A DNA stretch of 64,000 bases from Trichoplax sp. H2 (Eukaryota): the NCBI GenBank assembly GCA_003344405.1, contig NOWV01000003.1, forward strand, positions 186,001 through 250,000, written 5' to 3'. Under the pieces are notes generated by a model. It was not told where the DNA came from. It saw only the letters and a program-made list of their open reading frames with translations, and did no database searches. Below, piece after piece: positions 1 through 12,879 of the stretch (within the stretch, counting starts at the first letter, position 1; each line of letters begins with the position of its first letter). The translations under genes and the position numbers were made by a program.

Positions 1-676
1 TTGTTATATTTATTAGTTCGTTACAGGCATGCATTATAAATATCCATAATATCCATGCAAAAAAACTGCAGATAAACGAGTATATTTCGTATGAACGTCT
101 TCAATAAAGTAAGCTTCATAATCTTGTGGCTAGTTTCTAGTCACATACAACATTTACCAAAATGTATCGCCATTTACCTGCACTTGCCAATCAAAACTCT
201 GAATATAGCGGGAAGAAAGGGATAAAAGCTGGTACCTCCAATGATAATCATTCTTTTTTCTTAAATCCGACTCATAATAACTTTTACAAATTTTTTTCCA
301 CTTGACTGAAGTATGCTTTAAAAAATTAATAAAAACGCAAGTAAACCATACTGTACTACAGAAAATATATATTATACACTTCATTGGAAACGCTCCGTAA
401 TATTATTTATTTACAGTTAAATACGCGTATAGCAGAATCAACACATTCCTAGAAGAATCTTGTCTCATTTACAATACATGAAACTTGTAAACAATCGCAC
501 GATTTATTTAGCTACAGGAATCATTCGTACAGTTTAGGAGCGTATTCACGATCTATTACCAGCGAATTCAGATTTTACCCTCAAGCATTGATAGGATACG
601 CAATGTTAGGTGCCTGACAGCTAAATAGGCAGTTGTATCATCTTACCCTATCGTTGTTCGCAGTTAACGCAGCCAT
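1..676 (-). CDS. 5' part of an uncharacterised spliced gene running off the left edge
   Basis: Candidate first exon MAALTANNDR|gtaaga starts at 676. A later exon inside ORF 154..384 reads KWKKICKSYYESDLRKKNDYHWRYQLLSLSSRYIQSFDWQVQ|gtaaat. No family recognised. Confidence 0.35.
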
Positions 677-713
677 GATACCTTCTGTTGTGTTGCTTTA
701 TTAATTTAAAGAT

Positions 714-1620
714 AGTACTGTACTGTATGTACTGTAGTTATACAGTAGGTAGTGCTTTTCATAAAGGTAGTGGATCGTGGGCCTGTAGGTTGTTACCAGA
801 GCTCCATACCGTACAATGCTATTGTTGATTTCTATGGTTGTTACTACTGTAGATACAAAATAAAGCAAAATACGATTGTACAGTATAATGTACTGTAATG
901 GCTCTGTTGGCGAAGCGACAGATGACGGTTTAGCCCCTGAGTACTGTACTGTACAGTAGAGTACAGTACAAACCAAACTCGCTACAGTACATACTTTCAG
1001 AGGGTGACAATTGAGTTTGTAAAGACTGTACTGTACTGTACTGTAGATACTGTATAGTGTACAGTACCCTGAGTACAGTACCGTACTGGCGTACTGTAAT
1101 GCGGAGACTTATCATTTTTGGGGTCATACAAGACTGTACTGTACTATATACGGTATCAATGAAACCGTACACCACACTGTACTGTACAGTACAAAAAGCA
1201 ACATAGCAGGCTTATGGCTAATAGAATAGCATCTAAATTTGACGTCAATCGCGGACAATATAGTACAATATATCGTTGCAGACGTGCGAATACAGTTGAA
1301 ATGGCCAGTAAAACGATCAGCCTACACATTATCAGTATGTTGAACGACCATTTCCAGTCCTGTCTCTTTCTTTTTAGTAGTCCCTTCTAGAACTCATACA
1401 TATACAAAGTTTCAGTTAATTCTGCTAAGACATTTACGTAGTACTGTACACTGTACACTGTGTACAGTACAGTAAATGCAATCGTTTGATCTGCTTGGTA
1501 TTTCAGATTACAACACAGTGTACAGTACTGTACTGTACACTGTACAGTACAGTAAATATCCTAAGAGCTTTACAGTACTGTTCAGTACTGTACTGTAGTA
1601 CTGAATGAGTACAGTAGTAA
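714..1620. repeat. Mixed-orientation TACAGTA/TACTGTA array between divergent genes
   Basis: Dense CAGTA, TACTG, CAGTGTA and TACACTG units, e.g. 941-970, 1025-1085, 1176-1193, 1440-1475 and 1516-1605. Confidence 0.9.
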
Positions 1621-2326
1621 AGACTGTAGCAAACGGACAGATCATCCATCTGTCCGTTTCGAGAAGTAAAAAAATTTTTTTGATTAGTACATCACTGTGC
1701 AAGACTTACGAGTACAGTATATCAATGGCGATGTCTTCTACAGCAGTAGCTGNNNNNNNNNNNNNNNNNNNNAGAAATGCTGATATCCGGTTGATAACTC
1801 CATTGTTCTCTAGTATTCGCGCCATATTTGATATTGAACCACTGATAACAGCCAGTTCCAAGCTGATTTACTATAAACTTTTGGACGTGTTCAGGGACTA
1901 TTTTGTAGATATTTGATCATGCGTACGCTGTAGAATTTAGATAATGATATCAGCAAAAACTAGATTAACAGCTTTAGTACAAGGAAAAAAGACTGTAAAA
2001 AAATCTGGACACATTTTTCATACAAAGCCATATAAAATGTGTCCAGACTTTCCGGACGCGCTGTACAGTAAATACGATCGTTTGATCTGCTTGGTATTTC
2101 AGATTACAGCACAGTGTACAGTAAATATTCTAAGAGCTTTACAGTACTGTTCAGTACTGTACAGTACTGTAGTATTGAATGAGTACAGTAGTAAAGACTG
2201 TAGCAAACGGACAGATCATCCATCTGTCCGTTTCGAGAAGTAAAAAATTTTTTTTGGTTAGTATATCACTGTGCAAGACTTATGAGTACAGTATATCAAT
2301 GGCGATGTCTTCTACAGCAGTAGCTG
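1481..2326 (+). other. Haplotype-like duplication (1481-1752 vs 2077-2326) across the 20-N gap at 1753-1772
   Basis: The two copies are near-identical with scattered substitutions and indels. The first copy ends exactly at the gap. Confidence 0.85.
1773..2063. mobile_element. Terminal fragment of a Tc1/mariner-type DNA transposon, cut by the assembly gap
   Basis: Present only upstream of the second duplicate copy. It ends ...TTTCCGGACGCGCTG|TA, i.e. terminus 5'-CAGCGCGTCCGGAAAG next to a TA. It has a perfect internal 14-bp inverted repeat TCTGGACACATTTT (2004-2017 / 2034-2047). Confidence 0.6.
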
Positions 2327-5252
2327 GAGCGTCTTTGATGATATTTGGTCTTGGCGATGTTGCCATTTCAATTCTTGCCACAGTTGATATCAACAGTACG
2401 ATTCGTTATTATGGTTCGATAAGTTTTTTATTGATGATTTCTTCAGTATTAGGAACGTCGGTAAGAGCCTTAAGTTAATTTTACGCTGTATAGGATTGAA
2501 CGCTGTAAAATATTGAATCCACACTCGTAATATCAAAATAGATACTTTACTGCATTAGATTAATTTTACGGTGTATAGGATTGTCAAATTGTCCTAGACA
2601 GAGCTATAGTATTGCAATCGGCAATATTGATGATGTATTGTACTATTACAGTATAGCATGTTACAGACAGCTCATAATTATCAACTTGCTTACGAAAGTT
2701 AATGTTCGTCAAGGTTTGCTTATAAAATAAAATAGTATCTCTGTCCATTGCTTTTATTATATGCTGTATGGCTCTTTAAACCATACATATAACTTCTCCG
2801 ATTACGTTTTAACGTATGCTTATAGTGTACAGAGTAGAATGCGTAGCCAGATGAAAGTGATTACTGTACTTATAATTATTTATATATATATATATACGGT
2901 ATAAGATTGCACACTTATCGGACTCAATACTTTAAATAGATGATACTAGGTGGCCTTATGTGCATCATTCAGCATCGATTTCACAAGGGAATGGCGGTAG
3001 GAAAACGTTATTCATACGATTGTACATATGACAGTTACTTTTTTTACGTTCACGCAATGTTAGTAAAGATTATACGCGTACAGTATGTGAATTAATTATA
3101 TGAGTATACTGTAGCTACGGTATAATGGTATACGTATACAATTAAATATTTAGAATCTGAATAATTAGCTATTAGATAAAAAATTCTTGATGGAAGGCTA
3201 GATATGAAGTCATCTTTTGCTATATGACTGGATTTCTATTAGGTTATTTCCATCTTTACCATGATGTTGCTATCTCTGGTGTGTGTAATGATTTCTGCTG
3301 TTTCATTTACATATTACTATGCGAGGCTGCCAATTTATACCTTGATGACATCACGTTCGGTAGCCTTATTTGCCCTAAGTGTGTTCTTCCATATGAGTTC
3401 GTTCATAATTCTTGCTTATTCGATCAAGAAACAATCTCTACAATTGTCTGATTTTGGTGAGCAACGTCGAGAACAAGATGAACCGTTAGATGCCGGTGAC
3501 CGTGTTGAAACAGCAGAAAGTATGAACCCTATCACTTTTAGGCATCCAGATCACCAAAGCAACTTACTCGTAATTTTATTATGTGTTATTGGTGGATTAA
3601 TGCTGTTTACAGGTCTTGCAGATGTTTTCATCTTGCAGGGACTTTACGCTACACAGACGTGCCTGACTGGAATATTTGTATGTATTTAACGCTTTACTAG
3701 TATACAGTAACAGTGCTATCATACTTTAATTACTCCTACAGTATTGAATATATGTATCAGTTAGTATAATCGTATTAAAGAGATTAAAAGAAAGAAATTT
3801 CTCTCCTATAAAGCCTTTCAATGAAGAACCTTCTGATTTTCTTTATTAACTATTGATCCTCATTTTCTCATTAGTAATGTGATTTACAGTAGTTGCAAAA
3901 TTTTGTTTTATAGCTGTTGCTAGCTGCTGGATGTGGTTATTTACATGAAATTAGACACATCAATGGCGCAGTAAGTATCTATAACAGTCGCTACCACATG
4001 TTGAGTGATGCTCTGCTTTTAATTTATATGTCGGAAGTTAGTATCATGAGACTGCTAAAGGACTCCATCCGACATAAATGTCCGCGCTACTTAGTTAAGA
4101 ATCTTATTTTTCTAATGCCTCTGAATGTCTTTCATTTTACTTTATTAGGCAGCCTGGTCTTGTGTCTTTTTTTACATTAGTCGATTAATATCTATTGCTG
4201 CAATTGGGATAAATATTACAATTTTCACAAATGTCCGCGCAACATATCTAAATTATCATTTCAGCGCCCTTGCAGTTTTTATACTTTCAACGATTTTTAT
4301 GGCAATTGGATTTCTATTATCGGTTTATGCTGCATCTGTATTTAAACTTCGAATTAATAAGCAAACAGTGCATATTTGCCCAATTTGTTTAAATGCAAGC
4401 AACTCTTCGCTTCAACTAGTCTTTGTTTGGACCGGCCATTTTCAATTCCTTTCAGGCCTGGCACTATGGACCGTAGGCCTGGCTGCTATGATTTTCAATA
4501 TATTTGAGCATTCCTCTCTACATACTTTCTATTTAGCGAGTTTGGTAAGTAAGAAGTACGTACAATATTGCTCGCTACGTAGTAATTTACTGTGAAGCTT
4601 TTTTGTATGTTTGTGGAAATATAACGGAAGAAAGGAATATCATACGCGCTTGCAATTAGTGATATAATCTGGAACTCGTTGTGGCTACTACAGAATTAAT
4701 TTTAGTGGATAAAATTAGTTATAATGTGAAATTTAGAGACTGTATAATAAAATTTGTTTGGTATGTACCTCTTTAGTTACTAACAACTTCAAGATTTGCG
4801 TCTGCAACGAATAAAAATCAGTCTGAGGTTAGTCCTCTTCAGCTTTAAAGTTATCGTGTCGTGGTAATAAGTAAATCTCACTGCACTATTTTCTTTGCTT
4901 GATAGAATGCGGTCTACATAACTATGCTATTTTTTTGTATCTTGGCATCCTTAATGGAAATCGCCTATATTGTAACCGGATATGGTGGATGGAACTCGAT
5001 TAATTCGGTACAATGGCAATCTTCTTCAATTCCAGTAATTTTTTCGTTGGCGTTATCAGCTATCGCCTTCATAGGGTGCTTGGTATCTACTTTCAAAGTT
5101 TATCAATATCAAGGGTTTGCTTATTTCAGCAGAAACGTAAGAACTAATACATCTATTTTAATTTCATCCAGTATACGTAACAGTCAATCTTATCTCGTTT
5201 TCACAGCACTGTATATCAGATTGCTAAATTTTTACAGGATACGTTATTTTAA
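2299..5252 (+). CDS. Multi-pass membrane protein with three tandem MS4A/CD20-like four-TM modules (~470 aa)
   Basis: Open spliced frame with all phase-0 GT-AG introns: exons 2299-2460, 2940-2996, 3243-3677, 3914-3970, 4149-4544, 4777-4827, 4906-5136, 5220-5252. About 12 hydrophobic segments. Repeated motif LMIFGLGDV / LMLFTGLADV / FQFLSGLAL. Confidence 0.65.
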
Positions 5253-5725
5253 AGATATGGATACTGTCTATGTATGTTCCTCTACAAAATTTAAATGACC
5301 ATATATGGATTAGCATAATTAATGATACGATGAATATTCTTATTACGGTATTAGAATAATTTTTGAAAATAAGATTGATATTTAGATGATATTTTAGCTT
5401 TATCTGGGTAACCTTAGCCATGGACTACTAGATAGGCATAGCATCTATTTGTCCATGCTTCAGCACACTGTTGTGATTGGTCATACAGTAACTTCTGACA
5501 GATAAAAACTTTGTTAGCTTCAGCTACAGAAATAATTTCACCCACAAACTGACCGCAGAGTACAGTATACAGTACCATGGACTACTAAATAAATCCCGGG
5601 ATTTCTTCGATAGTTCATGACCATATAGTGTATTGTACATACAGTACTACGCCCAGATGACTACAATAGTACATCGTACTGTTGTCAACCAACGTAGAGG
5701 CTACTTTAGGAGTGCACTTAAAAAT

Positions 5726-7034
5726 ATGAGTTCCAATGAAGGATTTATGAAAAATGCTTCTTACTCTCCTGTCTCATACCGTATTCGTTAATATTCCTGA
5801 TCGCCATTGGTTGTAGTGCTGTTTGAATAGCTATGTAACTCCACTTAATGGATTATTTACGTTGAAGCTTAGTCAATGTAATGTAGTACCACTAATACGA
5901 AAGAGTGCATCAAGAGACTGGTAAAAATTATTAGGTGTACGTATTCATTGAAGAGCGAAGGAAGCATTCTGCTTCAGTTACCGTACAAGTTAACAGGTAT
6001 TTTACTATATGTAGTGTTAGAAGTCAGAATGAGCAAATTCCCTTGTTGACCTGACCTGCAAATAATTTACTACATTCAGGCTTCAGTTTATGCAATTTTA
6101 GTGTATGAATTGGCATCAGTTGGAATCAAGCAAGTTTTTAGTGTGCTGCCTCAAATATGTTATTCCGAAGATCTTGAATTAAAACAACGCATCGATTCAA
6201 TATTACTTTCGCGTAAATAGTCATATGTGGTCTTGAATTCAATCTTTTAATATGATTTTTTAATAAATCATATCTTGTTTGTAATATTCGTAAAATCTAA
6301 AGCTTATAAGTTTCTCAGGCACTGATATAAGAAAACCGGTAATCCTGCATAATATATATACAAGAATCGGGTACAGTTTATTCCTATAAGCTGGGAGGCT
6401 GCATGTAGGATTCGTGTACATAGACAGTTTTTCAGAGCGCGTAACGGTGGAAGTATAGCTTGTATTACGAGCAGATAAACATATAGAATGGTGCATATAA
6501 TGGTACGTGTTCTGGTTATAGTAATAACCGTTAGATTCTACTGCACTCTTTTAAGTAAATATACTGCGCCGGATTGTACTGCTGTCGACCTTGCATACTT
6601 GGTGATGGAACGATCAGGAATTTTTGAGCTGATACAATTTATAAGGATTTACCCACAATAGTATTGGTGTATTTTTGTTTTACGGATAAAACGTTTGAAA
6701 CTGTGATATATTTAGAACTTTTCTTTATTCAAGCTAACGTTTAATAGTATTTGACAGTGTAGTTGATATTCTAAGTTAAAGCAGGGTAGTGCGGTACGTT
6801 ATTAACGAAATTGGTGATGCTATGATGTATTACTGCATCAATTTGCTGCATTCTACGCTTACCGTAAATGAAGAGCCTTTCTTGACCACTGAGCTGTTGT
6901 TAATTAGTGGCACTTCCATTATCACTAAACTTAATGTTATCAACACATAGGCACAGGATGTAGAAGAATTAGTCGAAAGCAATATGCCAGACTGTACAAC
7001 ATCAGATGATAAGGATATGGGAAATGATAACTAG
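5726..7034 (+). CDS. Uncharacterised small spliced protein
   Basis: Chain of AG/GT-bounded open segments: MSSNEGFMKN..., ASVYAILVYELASVGIKQVFSVLPQICYSEDLELKQRIDSILLS, VVRYVINEIGDAMMYYCINLLHSTLT, and a terminal AQDVEELVESNMPDCTTSDDKDMGNDN*. Not all junctions resolved. Confidence 0.45.
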
Positions 7035-8154
7035 GCAAATTTGGTATGTAGATAGGGTATTTGCCTTTTCCTAATAAAAGTACATTAATAATGAATTGTA
7101 AAGATAACATTAATTTATTGACTAATTGTTGTACTTTATCTTGCTATGATTAAAATTGATCTAAATATCCTTATACTCAAATATAAAATTATACGCGTAA
7201 TTAGTTGGCTTATGATGGTTACTATTGCGATATCGCTGAATATTTATATTCTATATATAGTGTATGTACAGTGAATGCTGTAGTAAGTTCTCAGGTTGGT
7301 CAACAACCGAAGTGGCGTCATTCTGTTCGAATTAAAAGTCTCTGCATTACAATTATATTATCGCATATTGCGATGTGTCTTAAAGTAATTTATTTATACA
7401 GTACATACAAGTACACGTAAGAAAGTAGCTGCTTATTATCATATCTATAAGAATGAACACTGAAAAGCTGTATGCGGTGGAGTATTACAGTGTTGATGCA
7501 GAAAAATACTGTCAGCGTTTGCTGTACAGTACAATTGATTATGTTATGGGAATGTACCACAGTTCATAGGGTTATATTTGTCATCTATAGTCCTCTCATT
7601 TCGTTGGTCATCTGATATTCTTCTTTGCTTTATACTGTAGTGCTGTACTGTAGACTGTACAGATGTCTTGCACGAATGTTATAAATAACTTTCTCTTGAT
7701 TACAGTTTAAATATGACCCTCCTTACTAACCAGTATTTACGCAACTTCTCAACGAGTTATGAAAAGGGTGAAGTCGTGATTGTGATTACAATCTTAACTG
7801 TATCTTCAAGTTATATTAATCGCAACCAGTGCTCCATACAATCCTATTGTTGATCTTCGAACGATACCGCGATACCGTATCGGTATGATTACGGCAAAAT
7901 CACGCATGATTTACTATGGCGTACTGTACTGTACTGTACAGTACAGTACAGTATTTGGGAGGTCCTGCTACCCTCGAGTCCTATTTGTACTGTATGTTTG
8001 GTATTGGCAGTTCTGCAGAATGGAAGTCACACCCAAAATGCTGTTCAAAGAACCGCTGCAAATTTGAGACTTTCGTTTTGAGCGCGCGCAGTTACAATTT
8101 CAACCGTTCGCGGGAATTCGTGGTGGATCTTGATCTTACGATTAACTACTAGTA

Positions 8155-9450
8155 ATGACCGATGATATCGAGATTATTACTGCCAACTGTTGGTATAAAA
8201 TAAATGTGTAATATTAATACACATAGTGCTCAGTATAAAAATTACTGTACTGTATAACAACGGCGCATTTACGCGAAGTATCACGAACGGAATATTCTAC
8301 TAACATATCGTACGTGCATACTGTACTGTACAGTGTACACGTACTGTATAATAAGTGTTATATATAGAGCAATCACATATACAGCATACTGTACAGTATA
8401 TAGAATGATTAAAAGTCGTACTGTAGAATTACAGTTCAAAATGATTAACGTTCTAATTATGTAATTATCAGTTTAAGCTAATCTTATATGGATAATCATT
8501 TAGCTAAACCATAAGTGAAGTAATCTAGCAAATGTATAAATACCTTCATAAATTTGTTAATAAACGATTCTCAATTGAACCTACACCGTTTACCACGAAC
8601 ATAATAATTGGCGTCGTGAACAGGATGGCAAATCATACTACTGTACTTACGAAATAATAAGGACACGATTGAGAGGGTAAACAAATTGGAATAGAAATTG
8701 GTTGTATGCGTTGCATAGTAGCGTAAAAATAAAATACAAACTATTGCCTAATTACCAGATTAAGACATCTACAGGAAATAAAGTTCACTGAGTTATAAGA
8801 TCTAAAGATAATTTGGGTTATCAAGAATGTATGTATCACGGGCGAGCTTGGCGCAATTTAGCGAAATGACATATGATGGAATCTTTGATATTTAAATCAA
8901 AAACATTAAGAGCAATAGTATAAGCCGTATGAATGATCATAAATCTAAACATTATGTGATCTAATTGGTATTATGCAAATAGCACATTCCATATTCTGGA
9001 AAGATACAAAAATCAATTTCGGTTCAAGAAATTTGCTACTTTATTGAAGTTTGGTTCCATTTTCAGTGAGGCAAAGGATATCAACTTGTTGATTATCTTT
9101 GCTAATAAGTAATAAGGGGTACTTGAAAGCAATAATATATATAAAAATTTTACATTATACCTATATAATAAAATGCTCCAGTAGAAAAGTAACTCCGATT
9201 GATAATAATTATAATTTCTGGTTGAGGCATTCTCTGAACAATATTACTTAAATATTTACCGCATGAATGACCTAAAGAAATAAAGCGTAGGTTGGAGGAT
9301 AATTCATGTAATATTTTACCAACATCTTATAGTTACATTTTTTATGCTACTCCTAGCAATCGCATCTTGAGTTAAGATGCCTAAATTAGAGAACATTTTA
9401 AAATGTAATCCCATGCCTTAGCCAAGGGTAACACAGGATTGGGTTAGATA
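8155..9450 (+). pseudogene. Degenerate ARF/ARL small-GTPase-like sequence
   Basis: 8960-9112 reads WYYANST...FSEAKDINLLIIFANK*, resembling ARF WRHYFQNT...ELRDAVLLVFANKQD. Downstream fragments PKEIKRRLE and VIPC../LAKGNTGL. Stops and frame breaks; no intact P-loop seen. Confidence 0.35.
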
Positions 9451-9460
9451 TTGATTAATC

Positions 9461-12400
9461 TCAAATTCCATCTAGTGAATCTCTATACGTGATAAAAAGT
9501 AATATCGTGTGAGTTTGGTATAATAGTAGTACTGATGTCGAATAATTATAGGTACAACCTTTGGTTCTGTTAGCAGTCTGTATAATTTTTCTCAAACACT
9601 GCCCAAATTCTTCGAGGATTGTCTTTTCAGCAATGGAAGATACTCTATTTAACTTATTATTGTCATGTATTAAAAGAAGGGTCATGAGTATATGTCTATA
9701 TGTGATACATATATATATATACTGGGCAATACTTTTTCTGATTCCTGAGCCTGTTTTAGTAAGCAATTGCAGGTCGCTTTAATAACTTCGGCGCTAATAA
9801 AGTTTAGTGGCAATCTATATGTAAATGTGCAAAAACTTTTAAAACTAAAGATGTAGTAGCACAGTAATTTAGTTAGATAAATTCGATAATATAGCGTGTT
9901 CAATGTTTTCATTATCATTCAAAATTCACACCAGTACCTGCTACCATCATTTTTTGCAGATATGCTTGCAGATAAATCATCAATTTGAGTAGAAAGTTTC
10001 GATTTGGCAGCAGTTTGCTGCTTTACCCTTATATCTGAAATAAGAAGGGTATCCTTCGATATAATTCATGAGTACATTGTAGTGCAGTAGTTGTTGCGGC
10101 ACTATAACGCAAAAAGAAACCTTCAAAAAAATTCTGGAAAAGTGAGAATACCTGCGGCATCGGCAAGCTGCATAAGATTTTTTCGTTCGAGGCAGTCTTC
10201 ACGATTCTTGCAGTTAGTACATTTACACAAAACTGTACATGGAATTTTGGCCTATGCAATGTTTAGGATGCATGAATATTATCAAATTGCTAATTTGAAC
10301 CCTTATCACACCGTACTTCGAGATATTAATTTTTACATCGTACCTCGTAGCATTCACAATAGTTCTTTAAACATCCAGATCGTTTGCAATTGCATCCTTT
10401 GCTATGGCGTCTTTCATTTCCTTCCTACAAATAAAAGTGTTTTGGATCAATTTTCGCATTTAATTTCATACAATCGGTAATGAGTATACTTTTGCTTTGC
10501 CAATTTTTGGTCGAAAGGCATGTGGATTTCTTTCCAAACAAGCCTACAATAGGCGTCACAACATTGAAACGCATTAATTGTATCATCATCTTGTTAGGTC
10601 CCCAAATTGTAAGCTACTACAATATGCCCTCTACTGCGATTGGAGATAAACGTGATACAGTACAAGATCTCATAACATAATATCCCAACCTTAATAGCTC
10701 TACTCCTTTCATTTTCATGTTCTATATTATTATGACAATTCGTACAGTTACAATTCTTGCAAAATTCTCCATTAGCAAAACATTCGCAATAACTGTTTCA
10801 TGGGCAATCAAAAGTTAATTTTAGTTTTAAAATTTCTTTATTTTAAGGTTGTCTAAAGGTATAATTCTCACAGTTTTAAACATAAGGATTTTGAACAGTT
10901 GCAAGGCTTTCGTTGGTAATTTTTTTGATCCTGAAATGGCGCTGTCCTTCATCGATGACAAATTGATAACAAGCGAGTTTAGATTTGAAAAGAGTTATAG
11001 AATAATAAAAATACGATTAGCAGTTGTCGCATGAAGAGTAAATTAAATCCTACTTGTTAGGTATTGCTTCCGAACTAAGTGTGACAGTTCCAGCTGAAAC
11101 TGGAATGGCTGTTAAGGAGAATGACTTTCCGGAACTTATCGATGGATGCTAGAAAGTATAGCAGATGAGAATGAAATATTAGTCATAACTAGCTATACCA
11201 ACATAAATATTTCGTATCACACACCTGATTAAAACATTGCTGCTGAACAACAATTTGTACCACACCATCCTTAGTGATAATCTGTCCAAGTTGTGTAGGT
11301 ACGCCAGCAGGCATCAAAAGACGAGGCCGATGTTGTCCAGTTGATAAGCTGTTTCCAGGCTCTCTTTCGGTTGAGACTGTTGCCGGTACTTTTGTCTTAG
11401 AGGCCTAATGATATTAAAGCAAAATTTTTTAACATCTTTAGCACTGACTTTTGCCTATACGGTATTTGATATGGCATCTTGTTAGTGCATTCTGAGGTGT
11501 ATACAGTATACGGATATGACGTCACATAGACTTTCGGAACGTCTTATTATAATGTACTGATACAGAAAGTACGCACTACTAAGTACTCCCCTAACTGTAC
11601 ATAATAAAAATAATAAATATATAGTACCTAACATTAAGTATATTACAACTTTTAGTTTGTAGCTCCGTATTGAGTATAGTATTACAATCTGCTAAAATTC
11701 GTGCAATACGGAAGCATTTCGTTCCAGAAGATGAACAAAGTATTGTACTTACATTAGCTGCCGTAATGTTAATTTCTGTCTTGACGTTGGACAAAATCTT
11801 ACTTTTTTCTTGAGAATAGAAGAAATTACAAAACTTTCTTGAGCAATGTATGAGATATGATTAATACGAATAAAAATTACGGTAGTAAATTAGAATGTAT
11901 AATATTGATATGCATGGCAACATATTCTTCACAGTCCTAATCGTCAAAAGATGATATGGCTCCATAAGTAAAGTTTGCATTAGTACTTCAAATACAACTC
12001 CTAGTACTGTGATAGCTGATCATCTTGAATATCGAAAAAGTAATTTTCTTTAGGAAAATCTAAGCATACTAGAGACTATAGGCTACTCTACTATTCTTCG
12101 GAAAAGGAAAACTATTTCACTCTGATTTTAATTGACGGATAGATACTCGTAGAACATGCTAGAATATTTTCCTTAGCTCTTAATTGTGTAATATGCACAT
12201 TGCACAATATCGTGAATCTTCGGGTTCTAGAGCTCCACAGTAATTCAGTTATAAATAAATTTGGAAATATGATGAAGTGCGAACATCAAGTTTAAGTCAG
12301 TGCAATAAGCACATCTGAAACCGTTGAAACTTTCCAATCAGTCGCATTGAAAACCCTCTACAAATCACGTATGCAAATTATATAATCTACTGTATTTGCA

Positions 12401-12850
12401 TTTTCAGACTCTGTGTTTCGAATAAACGAAAATTTTGATTACACTTAGTAAAACTAAAAACGTATAACTTTAACTGTTCAGTAAATCCCCCAAAAATGTT
12501 AGTACTCTTATTGTACGTATACTGTACTTTTAAACGCTAAATGACTGGATAATCGCGTATAATCCAAACTTACTAAACTTTTCAAACGATAGTGTACGAG
12601 TACTGTACTGTATACCGTAAATGATTTTAATCAGATTACTGTGTTTGTAGCTGCAACTCCAAGTTAACGTGGATGTAATTAAATTTAAAAGTTGAAAACT
12701 ACGAGCTACTCTATTCTAAAGATTACCAGAGATACCAGAATCATCTTCTTGCGTTGCCATTACTGGGCTTGTAATTGCCTGAGTTTCAGTTACATCATCC
12801 GTCATTTTGATTTCAATGTGAGAAATTATATTATGATCAGTGTTTGCCAT
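9461..12850 (-). CDS. LIN54: LIN54 / tesmin-family CXC-domain protein (DREAM/MuvB DNA-binding subunit)
   Basis: Spliced CRC domain [36 protein letters not shown], linker [15 protein letters not shown], and second [30 protein letters not shown]-terminus [34 protein letters not shown]. Start and last exon approximate. Confidence 0.93.
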
Positions 12851-12879
12851 TACCTCGAGCATAGAAGCTAGAACTTGCA

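Noticed and set aside
701..1702. ORFs rich in YSTV/CTVQ/VLYC (also 13017, 14290, 33012, 52439, 56562-57224)
   Set aside because: They are translations of the CAGTA/TACTG arrays, which are poor in stop codons; not proteins.
8759..8830. In-frame TGA (8789) in IKTSTGNKVH*VIRSKDNLGYQE as possible selenocysteine
   Set aside because: No CxxU/UxxC motif, no selenoprotein family similarity and no SECIS recognised.
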